64,000 nucleotides of DNA from Sphaerodactylus townsendi. Taxonomy: Eukaryota. The notes beneath the pieces were generated by a model. It was not told the origin of the DNA, did not search any database, and saw only the letters and a list, made by a program, of their open reading frames with translations. The DNA is taken from contig NC_059426.1 in assembly GCF_021028975.2 (NCBI RefSeq), positions 142,228,001-142,292,000 of the forward strand, read 5' to 3'. Shown here in pieces: positions 49,752 to 63,935 of the stretch (positions are counted from its first letter, which is position 1; each line of letters starts with the position of its first letter). The position numbers and the translations under genes were made by a program.

Positions 49752-50954
49752 CTGACTAGTGCCTTTTGCCCTGACTTTGTACTATACTACAATGTAGCCA
49801 ATCGGCTTTGTCCATTTTTCTACTTTACTCTCAACTGGTAGTGTGGGCCAACACTTCCTCTTTTGCATATTAAACTCAGTCTTACATGATACCATGACAG
49901 GATAAGGACCCGAAACCCTAGCTCACTGGGAGAAACAGTGAGTACACAACACACACTTGAAAATGATGAACCTGCCTGATTCCAAGATAGACCACTCAGC
50001 CCAATACTGTCTTCTCTGATGGGCAGCAGCTCACTAGAGTCTCTGGCAGAGAAAGGTCTTTCTCAGCCATTACTATTCAAGAAGACCCCTCGAAAGGGAG
50101 GTACCAAGTGCTGAACTTGGGATCTTCTACATGCAAAGTACGTGCTGTATCTTATTACCTCCACAAATGGTGCCAGGTACACAGGAGACGGAGTGGTTGT
50201 GAACAACCACAGAATTCCTTCGAAAAGATGCATGAGGAAAAAGGGCATTTATGTGATCAAAACATTCCACTTTTGCCTCTAAAAATGTCAAAGGCAAGAA
50301 CATTAGCTCAGATCTCCTGAAGACACTTCCGGTTTTGAACAAGCAGCTTTTACCTTAACCTGTAGTACTATTATAGTATTCCTTCCTTCCTTCCCTCCCT
50401 CCTTCCCTCCCCCCACCTGCCCCCCCATCTATTATGACAGAGATGGGGGTGGGAGAAATAGCCAAGAATCAGAATCTCACTTTGGCAAAAATGAAGTGGG
50501 GAGGGCTACCACGTGCCAGACGTTATGACAACAGAAGCAGTTATCGCGGTTGGGGAGGGGGAAGAACAGTAATAGTCATTTCTGTAGGTTTGTTGGAAGG
50601 GGGGGTGGAATTGTCATCTCTCAGCAAGCTGCACCTGCCAAAACTGGGAGACACTTGTACCCTAATCTCTTTTACAACTGGTAACACTACAGAAGGTGGC
50701 AGAGGACAAATATAATGATAAAGATAAAAGTAGGTCCTGTGTTGAATGTAAGGGTGAAATACAGCCCCTGGTTTGAAAAGACTGAGGGCCATTGTTTATA
50801 AATTACAGCCAAGTCCCTAGATCTTTTACAGTGAACAGGAAGTATCTACCTAATAAACCTGATCCCACTTTGCAGTGTCTTTCCAATGAGTGAAATGGCA
50901 CTAAGATGATTCTGGCTGTGAAAGCCTTTTGACAATATGGAGAGAAGACAGCAA

Positions 50955-51270
50955 ATTTACTGGCTGCCAGTGGAATTCCGGGTCATGTTTAAGGTCTTAG
51001 TTCTAACTTTTAAGGCCTTTAGTGGTTTGGGACCCTCATATCTCCAGGGCTGCATCTCTCCATACTTCCCACAGTGGTCATTCCATTCATCAAACAGGAA
51101 TCTACTTGTAGTCCCCAGCCCCAAAGACATTAGGTTGGCCTCAACCAGGGCTTTTTCAGCCCTGGCTCCAGCCTGATGGAACTCTTGGTCAACTGACACT
51201 AGGGCCCTGCGGGACCTTGTTCAATTCTGCAAGGTCTATAAAACAGAGATGTTCCACCAAGCTTTTGGCT
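50955..51270 (+). mobile_element. L2-type LINE 3' fragment
   Basis: WLPVEFRVMFKVLVLTFKAFSGLGPSYL...RAFSALAP. Confidence 0.75.
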
Positions 51271-51591
51271 GAGGCCGCCTGCTGCCGTGTTGCCATCTTG
51301 CTGGCCTTCCAATCATTCACCAACTATCTATCATTCAATTATTAACATCCAGCAAATGCGCTTCGTTCTCTATGCTATCGTGCATCTCCCCTTCCCGTTG
51401 GCGAAAAATGGGGACTTCTATAGGCTGAAGGGTATCTATTGCCATTGCTGGGATTTTGATTTGGTTTTAATGCTTATTGCTCCCTTTGTATATTGTTTTT
51501 ATGGAATGTAAGCTGCCCCAAGCCTAGCTGTTGCCAGGGATGTGAGGGGTATAAATATAAATAAATACTACGGCCGTGACTGTTTGTTGTA

Positions 51592-51609
51592 TGGCCACTA
51601 GAGGGCAAC
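51592..51609 (+). promoter_or_regulatory. Candidate CTCF site in a TMED10 intron
   Basis: TGGCCACTAGAGGGCAAC closely matches the CTCF consensus. Confidence 0.5.
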
Positions 51610-54600
51610 CAAACCTCAACAATCACAAAAATTACAGGTGGCGTTATAATTTAACAATGTTATGGTATGTCTTTTCAGTAACTGCTCTTACATTTTACTG
51701 CTAAAGAATAAGAAAACTGCCTAAGCAGCTACACAGCTGTAAATGTGCCATGCAAAATCTTGTTCTTTCTGAAAAACCCTGCAGGTCTCAGCATAGCTTC
51801 CCTGCAAAAAAGCGGTCAAAGGATACACAAGGACATGCTCTGTTTAGCAGAGGAAAAATACTGAAAATATGTGAAGTTTCTGTAAAGAAGCATAGATAGG
51901 CCTGGAGTCTTGTTATCAGCAGCTCCTAGCCCTGTTCCTCACAGTCAGACTTTGTATCACAATTCTACAGGACCAGGGTGAGCTGTAAAATCATGGTGTT
52001 TTCTCTCTTTGGGGAGATTCTAACAGAAAGCTTGTACAACTAACTGTTGTTAAAATTAGCACAACTGACAATCCGTGTTGATTTCCATGCCAATTTTTCC
52101 TAGTTCAAAAGGACCGGCACAGGGAGCAGTCAGCAAATGAGACACAAGAACATCAATTCCAGCAGGAAAAACAAGAGTCTTGTGGCCCATTAAAGACCAC
52201 CACCTTTTTATTCTAGCATGAACTTTCACAGATCACTATGTCAGAACACTCAAAAATGGCCCTAATCCCTGCACAAGTTGGATCCCTCCTCTACCAACTA
52301 TTTCCTCACCCCTTCATATTTAGTGGCATTCATTGGTGGGAAACCAACAGAAAGCAGCAGCTTTGCCCTATCAACAACCAAAAGACATACAAAATTCAGC
52401 TCCTGATACAAAGCACCCATGCCAGCTTGTGATTCTACATAAATTATTCCTGTCTTTTGCAAGTTAAGAGTTAATGTGCTATAAAGAGAGTGCCAAGTCC
52501 AGCCTTGAAACTACTAATGGACATGCATGGGTCTCTCTCTACCTTGTAGCCTCAGCACTGCTGCTCCTTGTCTGAAGAGTTACTAACAGCCCTGGCAAAA
52601 TGGAAAAAAAAATCTTTAGGAGAGGCCATTGCTTCAGGGAAGACTCATGGCTTGGCAGTAGAGAATTCACTTTGAATGTGGAGGGCCCTGGGCAAAATTT
52701 CCAGCATCTCCAGTTAGAAGGATCAGGCTGGGTGGGTGGGTGGGGGAGCAATATGGAAGACCCGTAGAGAGTCACCCTAGTTTGATTAGTTAATACAAAC
52801 CTGGATAGACCAACGGTCTGGTTCAGTATAAGGCAGCTTCATGTATTCACAAAACAAAACAGTATAAGGCAGCTTCATGTATTCACAAAGCTTCATGTAT
52901 TCACAAAACCCTCTGGTTCAGAGTTAATAAATGTAGCCAAACAGTTGCAACTAGGTCTTTCCATCTAGTCTGTAACATACTGCAACTCTTTACCAGTATG
53001 CAACAGAACTGATACTTTTTCTCTGTATATATCTGCCTACAAGTTGAACATTTCATACATCTAAGTGTGCTGTGACTCATGGACACTTCTGCCAGAAGTT
53101 TAGGATGCCCCTAAACTCCCGTTTTCATTATGAATGCTCCAAGTGCTCGTGCAAACAGGAAGTTTTAGTGCTAAGGCAGAGTGTATGACAGTGATCAAGA
53201 AGTAATTTGGGACTCAGATGGATCAGAACCAAAGTGGGACAAATTCAGAGCTACCATATGACACAGACACAATTATCTACATTTCATATATTTCCTTTCT
53301 TGTGGTAGAATGTTGATTCCAGTGCAAGTGGAACCTCGATTGGGTTAGTAGTCTTAGAAGGAAGGAAGAGCTAGCAACAGTCTTTCTTCATGTGCTTTAT
53401 GTGCATGTAGGTATGAATGGACAGAAAGGACAGAAATGGACCTACAGCTATCCTTGATGTGATAAAATGCTTAGGTCTTCTCTAACAGAGATGACCTATA
53501 CGTAGACACACACAGATGAAGCACAGTGAACAGTATGCTTGACTACAATTCTGGAAGCTACTGTGACTGACCAGCCCAAGCAGTCAGAGCAAAACATACA
53601 CACCGTATTTCAATCCTGGTAATGGCGAATCTCAGGGAACTGGCACTTTCGAGCAGATGCCATGGTTTTGTCACCCTGGGAGGGCTCACCTGTGCCAGCT
53701 TAGAACCCAAGACTGCTGCGGAACTGTATCAGGCATCATGCCTGCAATCTCTACAGGAATGAGTGAATTGCCCTCTTAGCTTTGCAGCACCCCACTTCCC
53801 CCTTCCCTGTTGCCACTGGAAGGACTTGAGACAGGGTAGCAATGGTGTTGCCACTCACTTATCTGCTCTCACGGACAAGCCAGCAGGAGCAGCCAGGACT
53901 TATCTACATGTGCAAGAGGTTGAGGGCAATGAGCATAACCATGTAAGCAGACCAAGCCAGCTGCTCGCCTTTTGACCAGGCAGGCACACCACAGCAAAGA
54001 ACAGCCGGCACCTCTGCTTGCCTTCCTTGGAGATGGTGGCAAGGATGACATCAGTGGGCACAATCCCCACCATAAAACAGAGGGCAAGGGCAGGTAGGCA
54101 CTGAATGCTGCTCCATGCTATCACCCAGTCACCGCTTGATCAGCTGAGGTAGCTCCTTCACTCTGCAAGAGGAGGTGGCACCTCTACAACTGGCAGCCTG
54201 TCCAAAGAGGGACATAGAAGAGCCCAACCCAAGCGCATGTTGACAAAGGTCCCCAAAATATAGCGCTGGCCATGCTGGTGATGAAATGCTCGCTATGCAG
54301 ACAATTGCCTCAGTGTTGGAGAAAAGGTTCAGAAATAAAGCTACCTTCAAAACCCGTTTCCCACATTATGGACTGAAATTCACCTTGCCCCAATCCAGAC
54401 TCTTCATTGGAAAGAGTTTCAATTGCAAGAGTAGGCCTACACCCCTCAAAAGAATAAAAGGGGTCAATGCACAGTGCCTGCATCGCCCCCTTTTTAACTG
54501 AGATGGGTTAGGAAAATCCTTGAAAACTTAGCCGTGGTCAGAATAAGCACCACTGGACAAGGCAGGCCACATACACACACACACGTTCAAGATCTCAAAA

Positions 54601-56328
54601 CAGTAAGATACCCAGAGGGCCATGAAAGTGGGGGCAGGGGCTAACAGGTAGGCTACGTTCAAATTTAAGGAACAGCTTAAAGATCATTCTTGAAGTATGA
54701 CTGGATCCAAATATTTTGCTTTAATTGGATTTGAGGCCTTAACCTTTAAAAGTATTAATAGATGCCACACTAATGCATATTTCTAATATGCCACACAAAT
54801 GCTTTCTAATTTCTAATACAAGAATCTGATTCCTGTAATGTTTATGGGACTTCCTATTTTTACGAAAAAATCCTCAGAAGTGCCACCAGAACAATATTAG
54901 TACTTCTACAGCTAGGGGACCTGGGAAACTGAGGTTGGAATCCCCACTCATGTCATGCAAGCTTACCGGGTGACCTTCAATCAGTCACACGCTCTTAGCC
55001 AAGACTCTGGCAAGTATTTGGACGGGAGACCTCCAAGGAATACCAAAGGTATGACATGGAGGCAGGCAATGGCCAATCACTTCTGAATGTCTCTTGACTT
55101 GAAAACCCCACTAGGGGTTGCCATAAATCAGCTGTTTTTTGATGGCCAAAAAACTCACCTTTGTTTCTGCTTTGTCAATTTCATCTTGAATGAGCTATGA
55201 GAAGATACACTGCAAGGGAAGTTGTTTTTGCAGGAGGAAATTGACAAGGGATTGCCACGTATTGTGTGTTACTGCGACTTTAATATGGCTGAAAATTTTG
55301 GTTCTTTGTGGGAAGTGGGTTCACTATGTAGTTCTGTTCCATCAGGTAATGGCACCTGCTCCAATAGTGTTTTTTTTTTTGGGGGGGGGGGGTCCATTTT
55401 GTGCAAACACCTGGCCCTTATCCACATCCATGTAGCTGCCCAACCTCCCCTTCAGTCATTTTCTCCTTCCCCTCCATCTGTTTTCAAAAGGATTTTTTCT
55501 CTTTGTCATATCAAACTAGTGATGCAACTCTGAGACAGAGACACAAATTAGCATGGTCAACTGGATCATCTTTGTCAATTTCACACAGAACTTGCAATCT
55601 TAACACTGAGGCAGAGAGAGATACATACTAGCGTGGTTGATTGGATCAGCTTTACCAATTTCATATCAAACAACCAATATAATGTCAGGGTACAGAGCAA
55701 TTTTGAAGTTGGGGACAATTTTAAAAAGTACTTGGAGCAATTGCTACATGTAATCAAGGACTGCTAAAGTAAAGATTGTGCATCACTGCACATCAAATTT
55801 GGCTGGAAAATGTGGTTGCTTGTGTGCATGTGGGGTGGACGGGAACGTGTTTCTGTTCCTTCAGGAAGTGGAATCTGCTCTGGGAGTTGTTTCAGCTTCC
55901 ATTTTGGGTTGATAAGTTCTCAATAGCAAATTAGGTCACTTCTGCATCACTGATGACATCCTACCATGATCAGGGATAATATATTTTCAGCAGGAGTGTG
56001 TGGAATAACTGCAATTGAAAAAACAATGGGGGGGACCCAAAACAAAGGGGGAAAGGGGGTGTGCAGAATGATTTCACAGAAAACATTTCCAAGGCATAAG
56101 GCTTGGGAAAATCTGTGGTAAGCTGTGCACGTGGAAAAGGCCTACGTGTCACTCTTCAGTATGCTGGGAATGCCCCATTTGAGAAGATCAGCCAAGTGAG
56201 ATCTAGATTAGGGTGCAGGCTGGCTGTCCCAATGGCTGAGAAAGCAGATTTTCACTGTGGGCCCCAAAGCCACATCCAGTATCATGTGAGTGCTAGGAAA
56301 AGATCACAGGCAGCAAACAGGGATGTAC

Positions 56329-56402
56329 CTCCTCATAGTTTTTTGCTTCCACTCCATGCTTCATGTTCAAGGTCACGAGCTGGTCTGGCATCCGCCCGGT
56401 TC
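56329..56402 (-). CDS. TMED10: TMED10 internal exon (third from end); upstream exons lie outside the window
   Basis: [24 protein letters not shown]; 74 nt, AG/GT, in phase with the next exon. Confidence 0.94.
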
Positions 56403-57337
56403 CTGGAAGTGCAATGAAAGGATTCATTGTATGAAATGCTGAGCCTGCCAGGAAATTCCCAGCCTCACCCCCCACCCCCACCCCAGCATTAGAGCAGGAT
56501 TTGCAATTCGCCTCCCATACAAGTCCATGAATGGCTGAAGAGGCAGCCCAGCTGTGCCTAAAAATCACAGGGGGAAAAAATCTACATATAGGATCAGCTG
56601 AAGGAAGAGCTCCCACAATAATAAGGACAAGCTGCAACTAAATGCGTGAAGTGTCCAGGACATAGAATACCGTGATTTCCTAATGCCTTCTCCCTTCTCC
56701 CAGCAATAAAGAAATGTTTGGATTCAGAACAGCTGGAGGAAGCTCAAAGATTAATTCTATTCAAATGGAAATACAGACAGAAATCCAGAGACAAGGGCTG
56801 AACTGAAGAGATGAAAGAATTAGCCATACATGAGTTATTAAGTTAGATGTCAGCCAGCAGACTACACTGGCATTTGGGGACAATCTACTAAGACCTATAT
56901 ATATAGGATATATAGTGGAATAGGATCTAGGAATGGAAAAATTGTCACTGCAGTATTTACTGCCTGAACCCTTTTGTATTTGAACCCCACCCCCCAATTT
57001 CTGCCTTCTTTACCAATGGCTCGCAAATTACCACTAGAGCTTTGTGTTCCGGTCCCCTACAGTAAATTGCCCCCAGGCTAGTTCATTATACGTCTACATG
57101 TTTTTACTGAATTATGTTATAAATATAACTGTTGATTTCAATTGCTGAAATGTTTTCAAGTTTCTGATTCATTTGACATGAAAATGTTTTGAAAAAATGA
57201 AAGGACTCCCTTCGGGGATCGGGCGGTATACAAATTAAATAAATAATAAATAATAATAATAATATTAGCAGCCTATTTTGAGCAGGTGCCTGGTCCTTTA
57301 AGAAAACAAATTATTTTAACTACCTTAGTTTAGAGAA

Positions 57338-57560
57338 TCAGCGTGGTGTATTGGTTAAGAGTGGTGGACTCCAATCTGGAGAACCAGGTTTTATTCCCCA
57401 CTCGTCCACATGAAGCCTGCTGGGTTACCTGGGGCCAGTCACAGTTCTCACAGAACTCTCAGCCCATGAAGAGACAGACAATAGCACATAATCTCTGAAT
57501 GTGTCTTGCCTTGAAAACCTTATGGGGGTCACCGTAAGTCAGCTATGACTTAAAAGCACA
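57338..57560 (+). mobile_element. tRNA-headed SINE (Sauria-SINE-like tail)
   Basis: gcgtggtgtattggttaagag...ggttttattcccc head; tcttgccttgaaaacc...gtaagtcagct tail seen in many copies in the window. Confidence 0.65.
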
Positions 57561-58322
57561 TGCACAGCTCAGTTCAGTCTATAATGAGTTTTCAGTGCTC
57601 ACACCTGAATTACTGCCCTGGTACTATAACCTGCACTGGTTTTGTACTGTGGGCTTATCTTTCTTCCTGTTTACCTGTTCCTGTATGCCCCAAAGGCTTT
57701 ATCATTTGATATGACCTTCCAAGCACCCCCTTTTTTTGTATTTGAAGGAACTGCCCTGCCAACAGCCGCAGAAGGCCATTGCTTTCACATCCTACATGTG
57801 AGCTCCCCAAGGCACCTGGTGGGCCACTGCAAGTAGCAGAGAGCTGGACTAGATGGACTTTGGTCTGATCCAGCTGGCTTGTTCTTATGTTCTTCTTAAA
57901 GTAAACCGCTCCTTGGACTCCGTTTATTCCCAGGCTCTCCATTCTATGATAGGTCAGCTCAGTGGTGGTTCTTCAGGACTTAACTCTGCCTCTGAAAAGA
58001 CACTCTAGGACAGTGATACTCAGTGGCGCTGGCACCTCTGTTCCCCAGAGTGGCACTTGGTCTGGGTTCCAGGAAACTAGGTCAGACCTTGCCTGGTGGG
58101 ACTTATGGTTGGCAGGCAGTTCCAAAGCAACAGGTAAGTTGCAAACCTCTCTGAGGTGCAGGCCTCATGCCAGGGGCAGAAGTAGATGTGGATCTTTTGC
58201 TTGATGGTAATTGTGACTGTGGTTCTCCACCAGTCAAATAAGAAGGTCTAAATTATAAGACAGCAAACAGAAAGTGAGAGCAGCTTTTCAGAAGATTCAA
58301 TTACAGCCTGCTCCTATGCATA

Positions 58323-59466
58323 CCGTATATACTCGTGTATAAGTTGAGTTTTTCAGCACATTTTTGTGCTGAAAAAGCCCCCTCGACTTATACACGAGTC
58401 AGGTGTACTGTATATACTCGCGTATAAGTCGACCTGCATATAAGAAGAGGTACCTAATTTTACCACAAAAAACTGGGAAAACTTATTGACTCGCGTATAA
58501 GTCGAGGGTGGGAAATGCAGCAGCTGCTGGTTAATTTCAAAAATAAAAATAGATGCCAATAAAATTACATCAGTTGAGGCATCAGTAGGTTAAATGTTTT
58601 TGAATATTTATTTCAAAGAAAAACAGTAAACTGGCTCTGTAAGTGGAAAAGAGGGTCAACAAGAACAATATGGTATCAACAATAACTTTGAAAGTACAAA
58701 AACCTTAGCTCAACCAGCAACCAAGCTAAAACACAAGAGTTAAAATCCTCCAAAACTGGATTCCTCATCATTATCTGTATGTCCAAATGTAACCCAATTT
58801 AGATTTTATGAGGGATATTATCAGAAATGGAAAATCGACTATTAGCTTCCATTGTAAACAATGGGGGATGGGGCATCCCCTTTGGGGGTCAATAACTTTG
58901 GATCCGCTGACCCAAACTTCACCAAACCTGGCTGGTATCATAAAGAGACTATCCTGATGAGACCAGCCAGGTTTGGTGAAGTTTGGTTCAGAGGGCCCAA
59001 AGTTATGGACCCTCAAAAGGGTAGCCCCATCTACTAATAGCTCCCATTGAAAACAATGGGGAATGGGGGCACCTCATTTGGGGGTCCATAACTTTGGAAC
59101 CCCTGAACCAAACTTTACCAAACTTGGCTGGTATCATCAGGAGTGTCTTCTGAGGGTACCCTGAAATTTTGGTGCCGCTAGCATAAAAACTGCGCCCCCT
59201 GCTGGCCGGCAAAGTAAAAACACACACAAAAAGTTAATGACCCGCATATAAGTCGAGGGGAGCTTTTTCAGCATTTCCCACCCTCGACTTATACGCGAGT
59301 CAATAAGTTTTCCCAGTTTTTTGTGGTAAAATTAGGTACCTCTTCTTATATGCGGGTCGACTTATACGCGAGTATATACAGTACACCTGACTCGTGTATA
59401 AGTCGAGGGGGCTTTTTCAGCACAAAAATGTGCTGAAAAATTCGACTTATACATGAGTATATACGG
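58323..59466. mobile_element. Tc1/mariner-type non-autonomous element with ~195-bp inverted ends
   Basis: TA|CCGTATATACTCG...AGTATATACGG|TA; long near-perfect inverted repeat. Confidence 0.8.
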
Positions 59467-59489
59467 TATTTTAAAAAATATTTTAGGGT

Positions 59490-60200
59490 TTTTACTTTGT
59501 CAGCCTCCAGGGGGCGCAGTTCTTAGGCTAGTGGCACAATTTCAGGATATCATCAGGTGACTCTCCTGATACCAGCCAAGTGGGAGCTAATAGATGGGGC
59601 TACATTTTGAGGGTCCATAACTTTGGACCCCTTGAACCAAACTTCACTAAACCTGGGTGGCATCATCAGGAGGGGCTCCTAAAGATACTCTGAAATGTTG
59701 GTACTGCTAACATAAACATTCCTCCCCTGATAGGTTGTGTGAATGTCCCTTCTAAAATGACACCTGCCATGTGCAATTTTAAAAATATGTACACTAAAAA
59801 TAATGAACTGTTCTTTTAAAAAGCAGGGTAGTTTTGAGTCACAATGAACAGGCATGTTCATTCCAGTTTGTATTGTAAGATCCATTGTTAAAAACCCTTC
59901 CTTACAAAAAAGCTAAGGTTTTTGTACTTTTAAAGTTATTGTTGATACCATATTGTTCTTGTTGACCCTCTTTTCCACTTGCAGGGCTAGTTTACTGTTT
60001 TTCTTTGAAATAAATATTCAAACTAACATTACTGATACCTCAATGTCTCAGACATTGAGTATCTATTTTTATTTTTGAGATTTACTAGTAACTGCTGAAT
60101 TTCTTGTGAAACATACGATGAGTCAATCCAAATTTTCCCAGACACAATGGTAAAATTAGGTGCCTGTACTAACATATCGCGGGATGACCTGCTCACCTGA
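59490..60200 (-). repeat. Older inverted copy of the same family as 58323-59466
   Basis: Reverse complement of 58560-58720 is recognisable at ~59910-60080. Confidence 0.6.
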
Positions 60201-61646
60201 AAATATATCTGATGATAATTACTAAGAAACAAATCATACTGAGCCTAATGTAAATTAACCTGTTCCCACCTCTGTGGTGGAAAGCACACTCAGGTCACAG
60301 CTGACTTATGGTGACCACGTAGGGTTTTCAGGGCAAGAGATGTTCAGACCTGGGCTGAGATAGTTCTGAGAAGACTGTGACTATGAGGTTACACAGTAGG
60401 ATTTATGTGGAGGAGTAGGGAATCAAACCCAGTTCTCCAGACTAAAGTCCACCACTCTTACCACTACATCACACTGGCTCTTGGTCCCCCTTCTACCCAC
60501 ACAAAGTAGGTCTGTGCTTGTTTCATATAATACTCAGCAACTCTTCTCCTTCTTCAAGCCAAGAAGGATTTATTTCACAGGAAGGTGGCAGCACAGCACA
60601 GCAGACTCAGCACTGGGGGAGGGGAAAGAAATACGAGCGTACAGTGGAAATTGGGGAGACTTCCCATGGTGCTACTTCAACATTATCCAAGATATAGATT
60701 TCAAGCTTGTTGAACAACCCGACCATCACATACCACAACTATCAGTTTCCATGCTAGCTTCAAATAGCCTCTACAGCTATGGAGCCTGTACCCACACCGC
60801 ATGTGGACACTTTCACTTCACTGATAAATAAGATGCTCACAATTTAAACAGTCAAAACCTTGGAGATGCTTTGGCTTCTCAGGCTGAGATGGAAGAACAC
60901 AGATATAAAGAATGACACTTGAGCTATATTGTGCCAAACTCATGGCAAGAAGGGCAGGAGCTGACTTGACGAGAGACTTTAAAAGATAAAATAGAAAGGA
61001 GCCTCAGAAATCTACACTGTCACTTAGGAAATTTTCCAGTGCGAGGCTGGCTCAGCCAAAGCAAAAAAATCAATTAAAACATGGATAAACAAGCGAGATA
61101 CGCCTGGCTGGAAACTTCCTAGTATAGCATACACGAGGTCCTTGCCGCTTTAAAACAGAACCATTTACACTCACAGTGGCTGCAGTTGGGTGTCACAACA
61201 AGCTCCAATTAAGATGGGCTTAAACATGGCTTGTTAGCAACCGTTTGCTTCCTTTCTTGTGCAAAGCACAGTTAAGGATTCCTGGTTTGAAATGACAGCC
61301 CCCCCCCCCCCACACACACACACACTGTAAACCATGTCAAGTAAATAAAACTGATTCAGCTGGATTCCAGCTTTCATGGGTCATATGGAAGCAAAGCTTT
61401 TTCAAAAAAATCCTTAATCATGCTTTGGGGTGCTTCAGTGAGGGGGTGCTGATGTGAGCCCCTGCTCCTGAACCATCTTGGGTTATTCAGTGTATTGATT
61501 TGATTTGATATTTAATTTATATACTGCCCTCTTCCAGAGGGCTCAGGGCGGTGCACAACAGCAAAATAATACATAATAATATGCAATAAACATAACAATA
61601 CAAAACCATGGCTAGTAACCAAATTCAATAGCCTCCCAGCCCAACA

Positions 61647-61845
61647 GGCTTTCATGGCCTGATTCAATTGGTTGTGGTGGGTTTTCCGGGTTGTGTGGCC
61701 GTGGTCTGGTGGATCTTGTTCCTGACGTTTCGCCTGCATCTGTGGCTGGCATCTCTGAAGATGCCAGCCACAGATGCAAGCGAAATGTTAGGAACAAGAT
61801 CCACCAGACCTTGGCCACACAGCCCAGAAAACCCACCACAACCAA
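61647..61845. repeat. Head-to-head palindromic Penelope-like fragment
   Basis: ~85-bp inverted arms centred near 61755 (ggcatctctgaagatgcc). Confidence 0.65.
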
Positions 61846-63794
61846 TCTTGGGTTAATTCGAGCCTGCTGTGATGTCTGAACATAACTTTTCTCTTGCCTG
61901 CAATGCAAAATGAGCTGCCCTAAAATTTGAACACAACATTTATATGAAAACTAGATCACACAACTTTCTTGCACAAACCCTGCCCATGGTCAACTCAAGA
62001 CCAATGGGAGATGCAAAAGCAGGGCCGGTGCATACAGGTTGATGAGGTAACCGAATGTTCTTGCTGTTTTAGTTGTGAATTCCGCTTACCCTTTAATTCC
62101 AATTTGACCCAGAATTTGAGGACTGAAACTCCCAAATAAAAAGTCAGATCACATTAATGGTTCAAACTATCCAGTGGCAAAAGGTACTTGGCCCTTATTA
62201 ACAAAAGACACATATAACTGAGGCCACAGTTTGTGGAAAATAATTTCAAATTATTGGTCCAGGACAGGTTTTTTTAAAAAAATTAAATTTACACAACTAC
62301 AGGCAAGCCCAAACAGGGAAATATACGAAGAAAGAGAAGCTTTTACATTTGACTCGGAAGATGCGTTTGCTATTAGGAATGAATTTTTAGACAACAGATA
62401 TCTAACTTTAAAAGGAATTCTGGCCTAAATGATGCAAAACTGAAATTAAGATACACAATTTACAGATAACCTAACAAAAGTATCTGGCATATGCAATCTT
62501 TCTTCTTGTACATATTTGCAAGAACCTGGAACAGCTACAAGCAGGGAACTGATAACGCACTATCTTGAGTTCCAGACCCAAAATGAAATTTGAGAAGTGC
62601 TCTCTGAAAGCTGTGAACTTATTAAGAGGAGCTCCCTTCATCTCACACGCTGCCTTTTCCCTTTGCGGAGTGCTCTGAGCAAAGCAATGTGCCTTTCACT
62701 TCCTCTTCCCTATTTTTGTGGCTAAGTGCTTGAGAAATCTCAGTTACTTTGTTCCCACCTGGCCCAACGGCCCAAATGTCTGTTGTCGTGGGTCTGCCTC
62801 CCCAAGGCAGATGCAACCATACAACTACTGCTGCCAAAGCATAATCTCAGTAGCAGGTCAAAGAGGTGATTTAGTAAGCTGCTTCGGGTTACATCTGATT
62901 TCCCCAGAACATGACACTCCTTTTTAGAAGGTCAGCTCCACAGATCAAAGTCTGAATTTATGGCAAGGCCACCACATGGCTTTACTACCTTCTCGGGTTA
63001 AAGCTTTCTAGAAACAAACTTTCAAGTAGAGGAATCATGTTGCTAATCACATAACGTGCTACATGCAGAACCTATGCTCAATGCCAGAGCTCTACAGCAG
63101 AGGTGTCGGGAAGAAGAAGCCAGCGTAAATGGCACGAAGTACAAACCATGGTGCAGATTACTTGCACAGCTTTGAGGGTGCTCCACTCAACTTGACTGCC
63201 TCCATGAAGATTGCACGAATAACTTTGGTAAGCAACAATCAGGTGATAACAATCAAGCCCCCAAGAACAGCAATTATGGCCAGCAAATAAAAATTTTCGA
63301 GGATCTGGGATATCAGGAACTTCTATCAACTGCAGGAATGCCTAGATTTAGGGAGAAATAGCTTTGATGCTAATCAACACAGGCCCTGAACCATGCCTAA
63401 TTCTCTTAGCAAACCATCCATGGGAATCCAGATGGCAAAAAGTACTGTTACATAATTGGAGGGCATGCCTATTTATATAGGCTCCACGGCGTGGCACTAC
63501 AGTGATACAGAAATTACTAATGTATGAAATACCAATACACAATTGGAGCAGTTGACACCCCTTCAAATGGCAAAGCACCCTCAAATGAGTATACACATGA
63601 AATCCAGATTCCAGTTCTATGAAGCCTGCCATCTCAGCCAAGGGAGTTTCTCTGCTCCAAAGGGCCATAATGGATTTCACACCAATGCAGTATTCTACAC
63701 AACGATTAAGTAATTCAGTGCCACAATCCCACTGGGTACTTTGTGGGATCACCATATAGGAATCACATGGCCTGGGAGTTTGAGGTGCGACATA

Positions 63795-63935
63795 GGCCCC
63801 TTCCACACATGCAGAATAATGCACTTTCAATCAACTTTCACAACCGTTTGTCAGTGGATTTTGCTATTCCACACAGGTGCAAAGTGCACTGAAAGTGGAT
63901 TGAAAGTGCATTAATCTGCATGTGCAGAAGGGGCC
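63795..63935. mobile_element. Palindromic PIF/Harbinger-like MITE
   Basis: GGCCCCTTC..CACATGCAGA.TAATGCACTTTCAATC inverted arms; 3-bp ATA flanks. Confidence 0.7.

Noticed and set aside
52812-52906. Short direct repeats (agtataaggcagcttcatgtattcacaaa) superficially like a CRISPR array
   Set aside because: Simple local tandem duplication at a SINE tail in eukaryotic DNA; no unique spacers or cas genes
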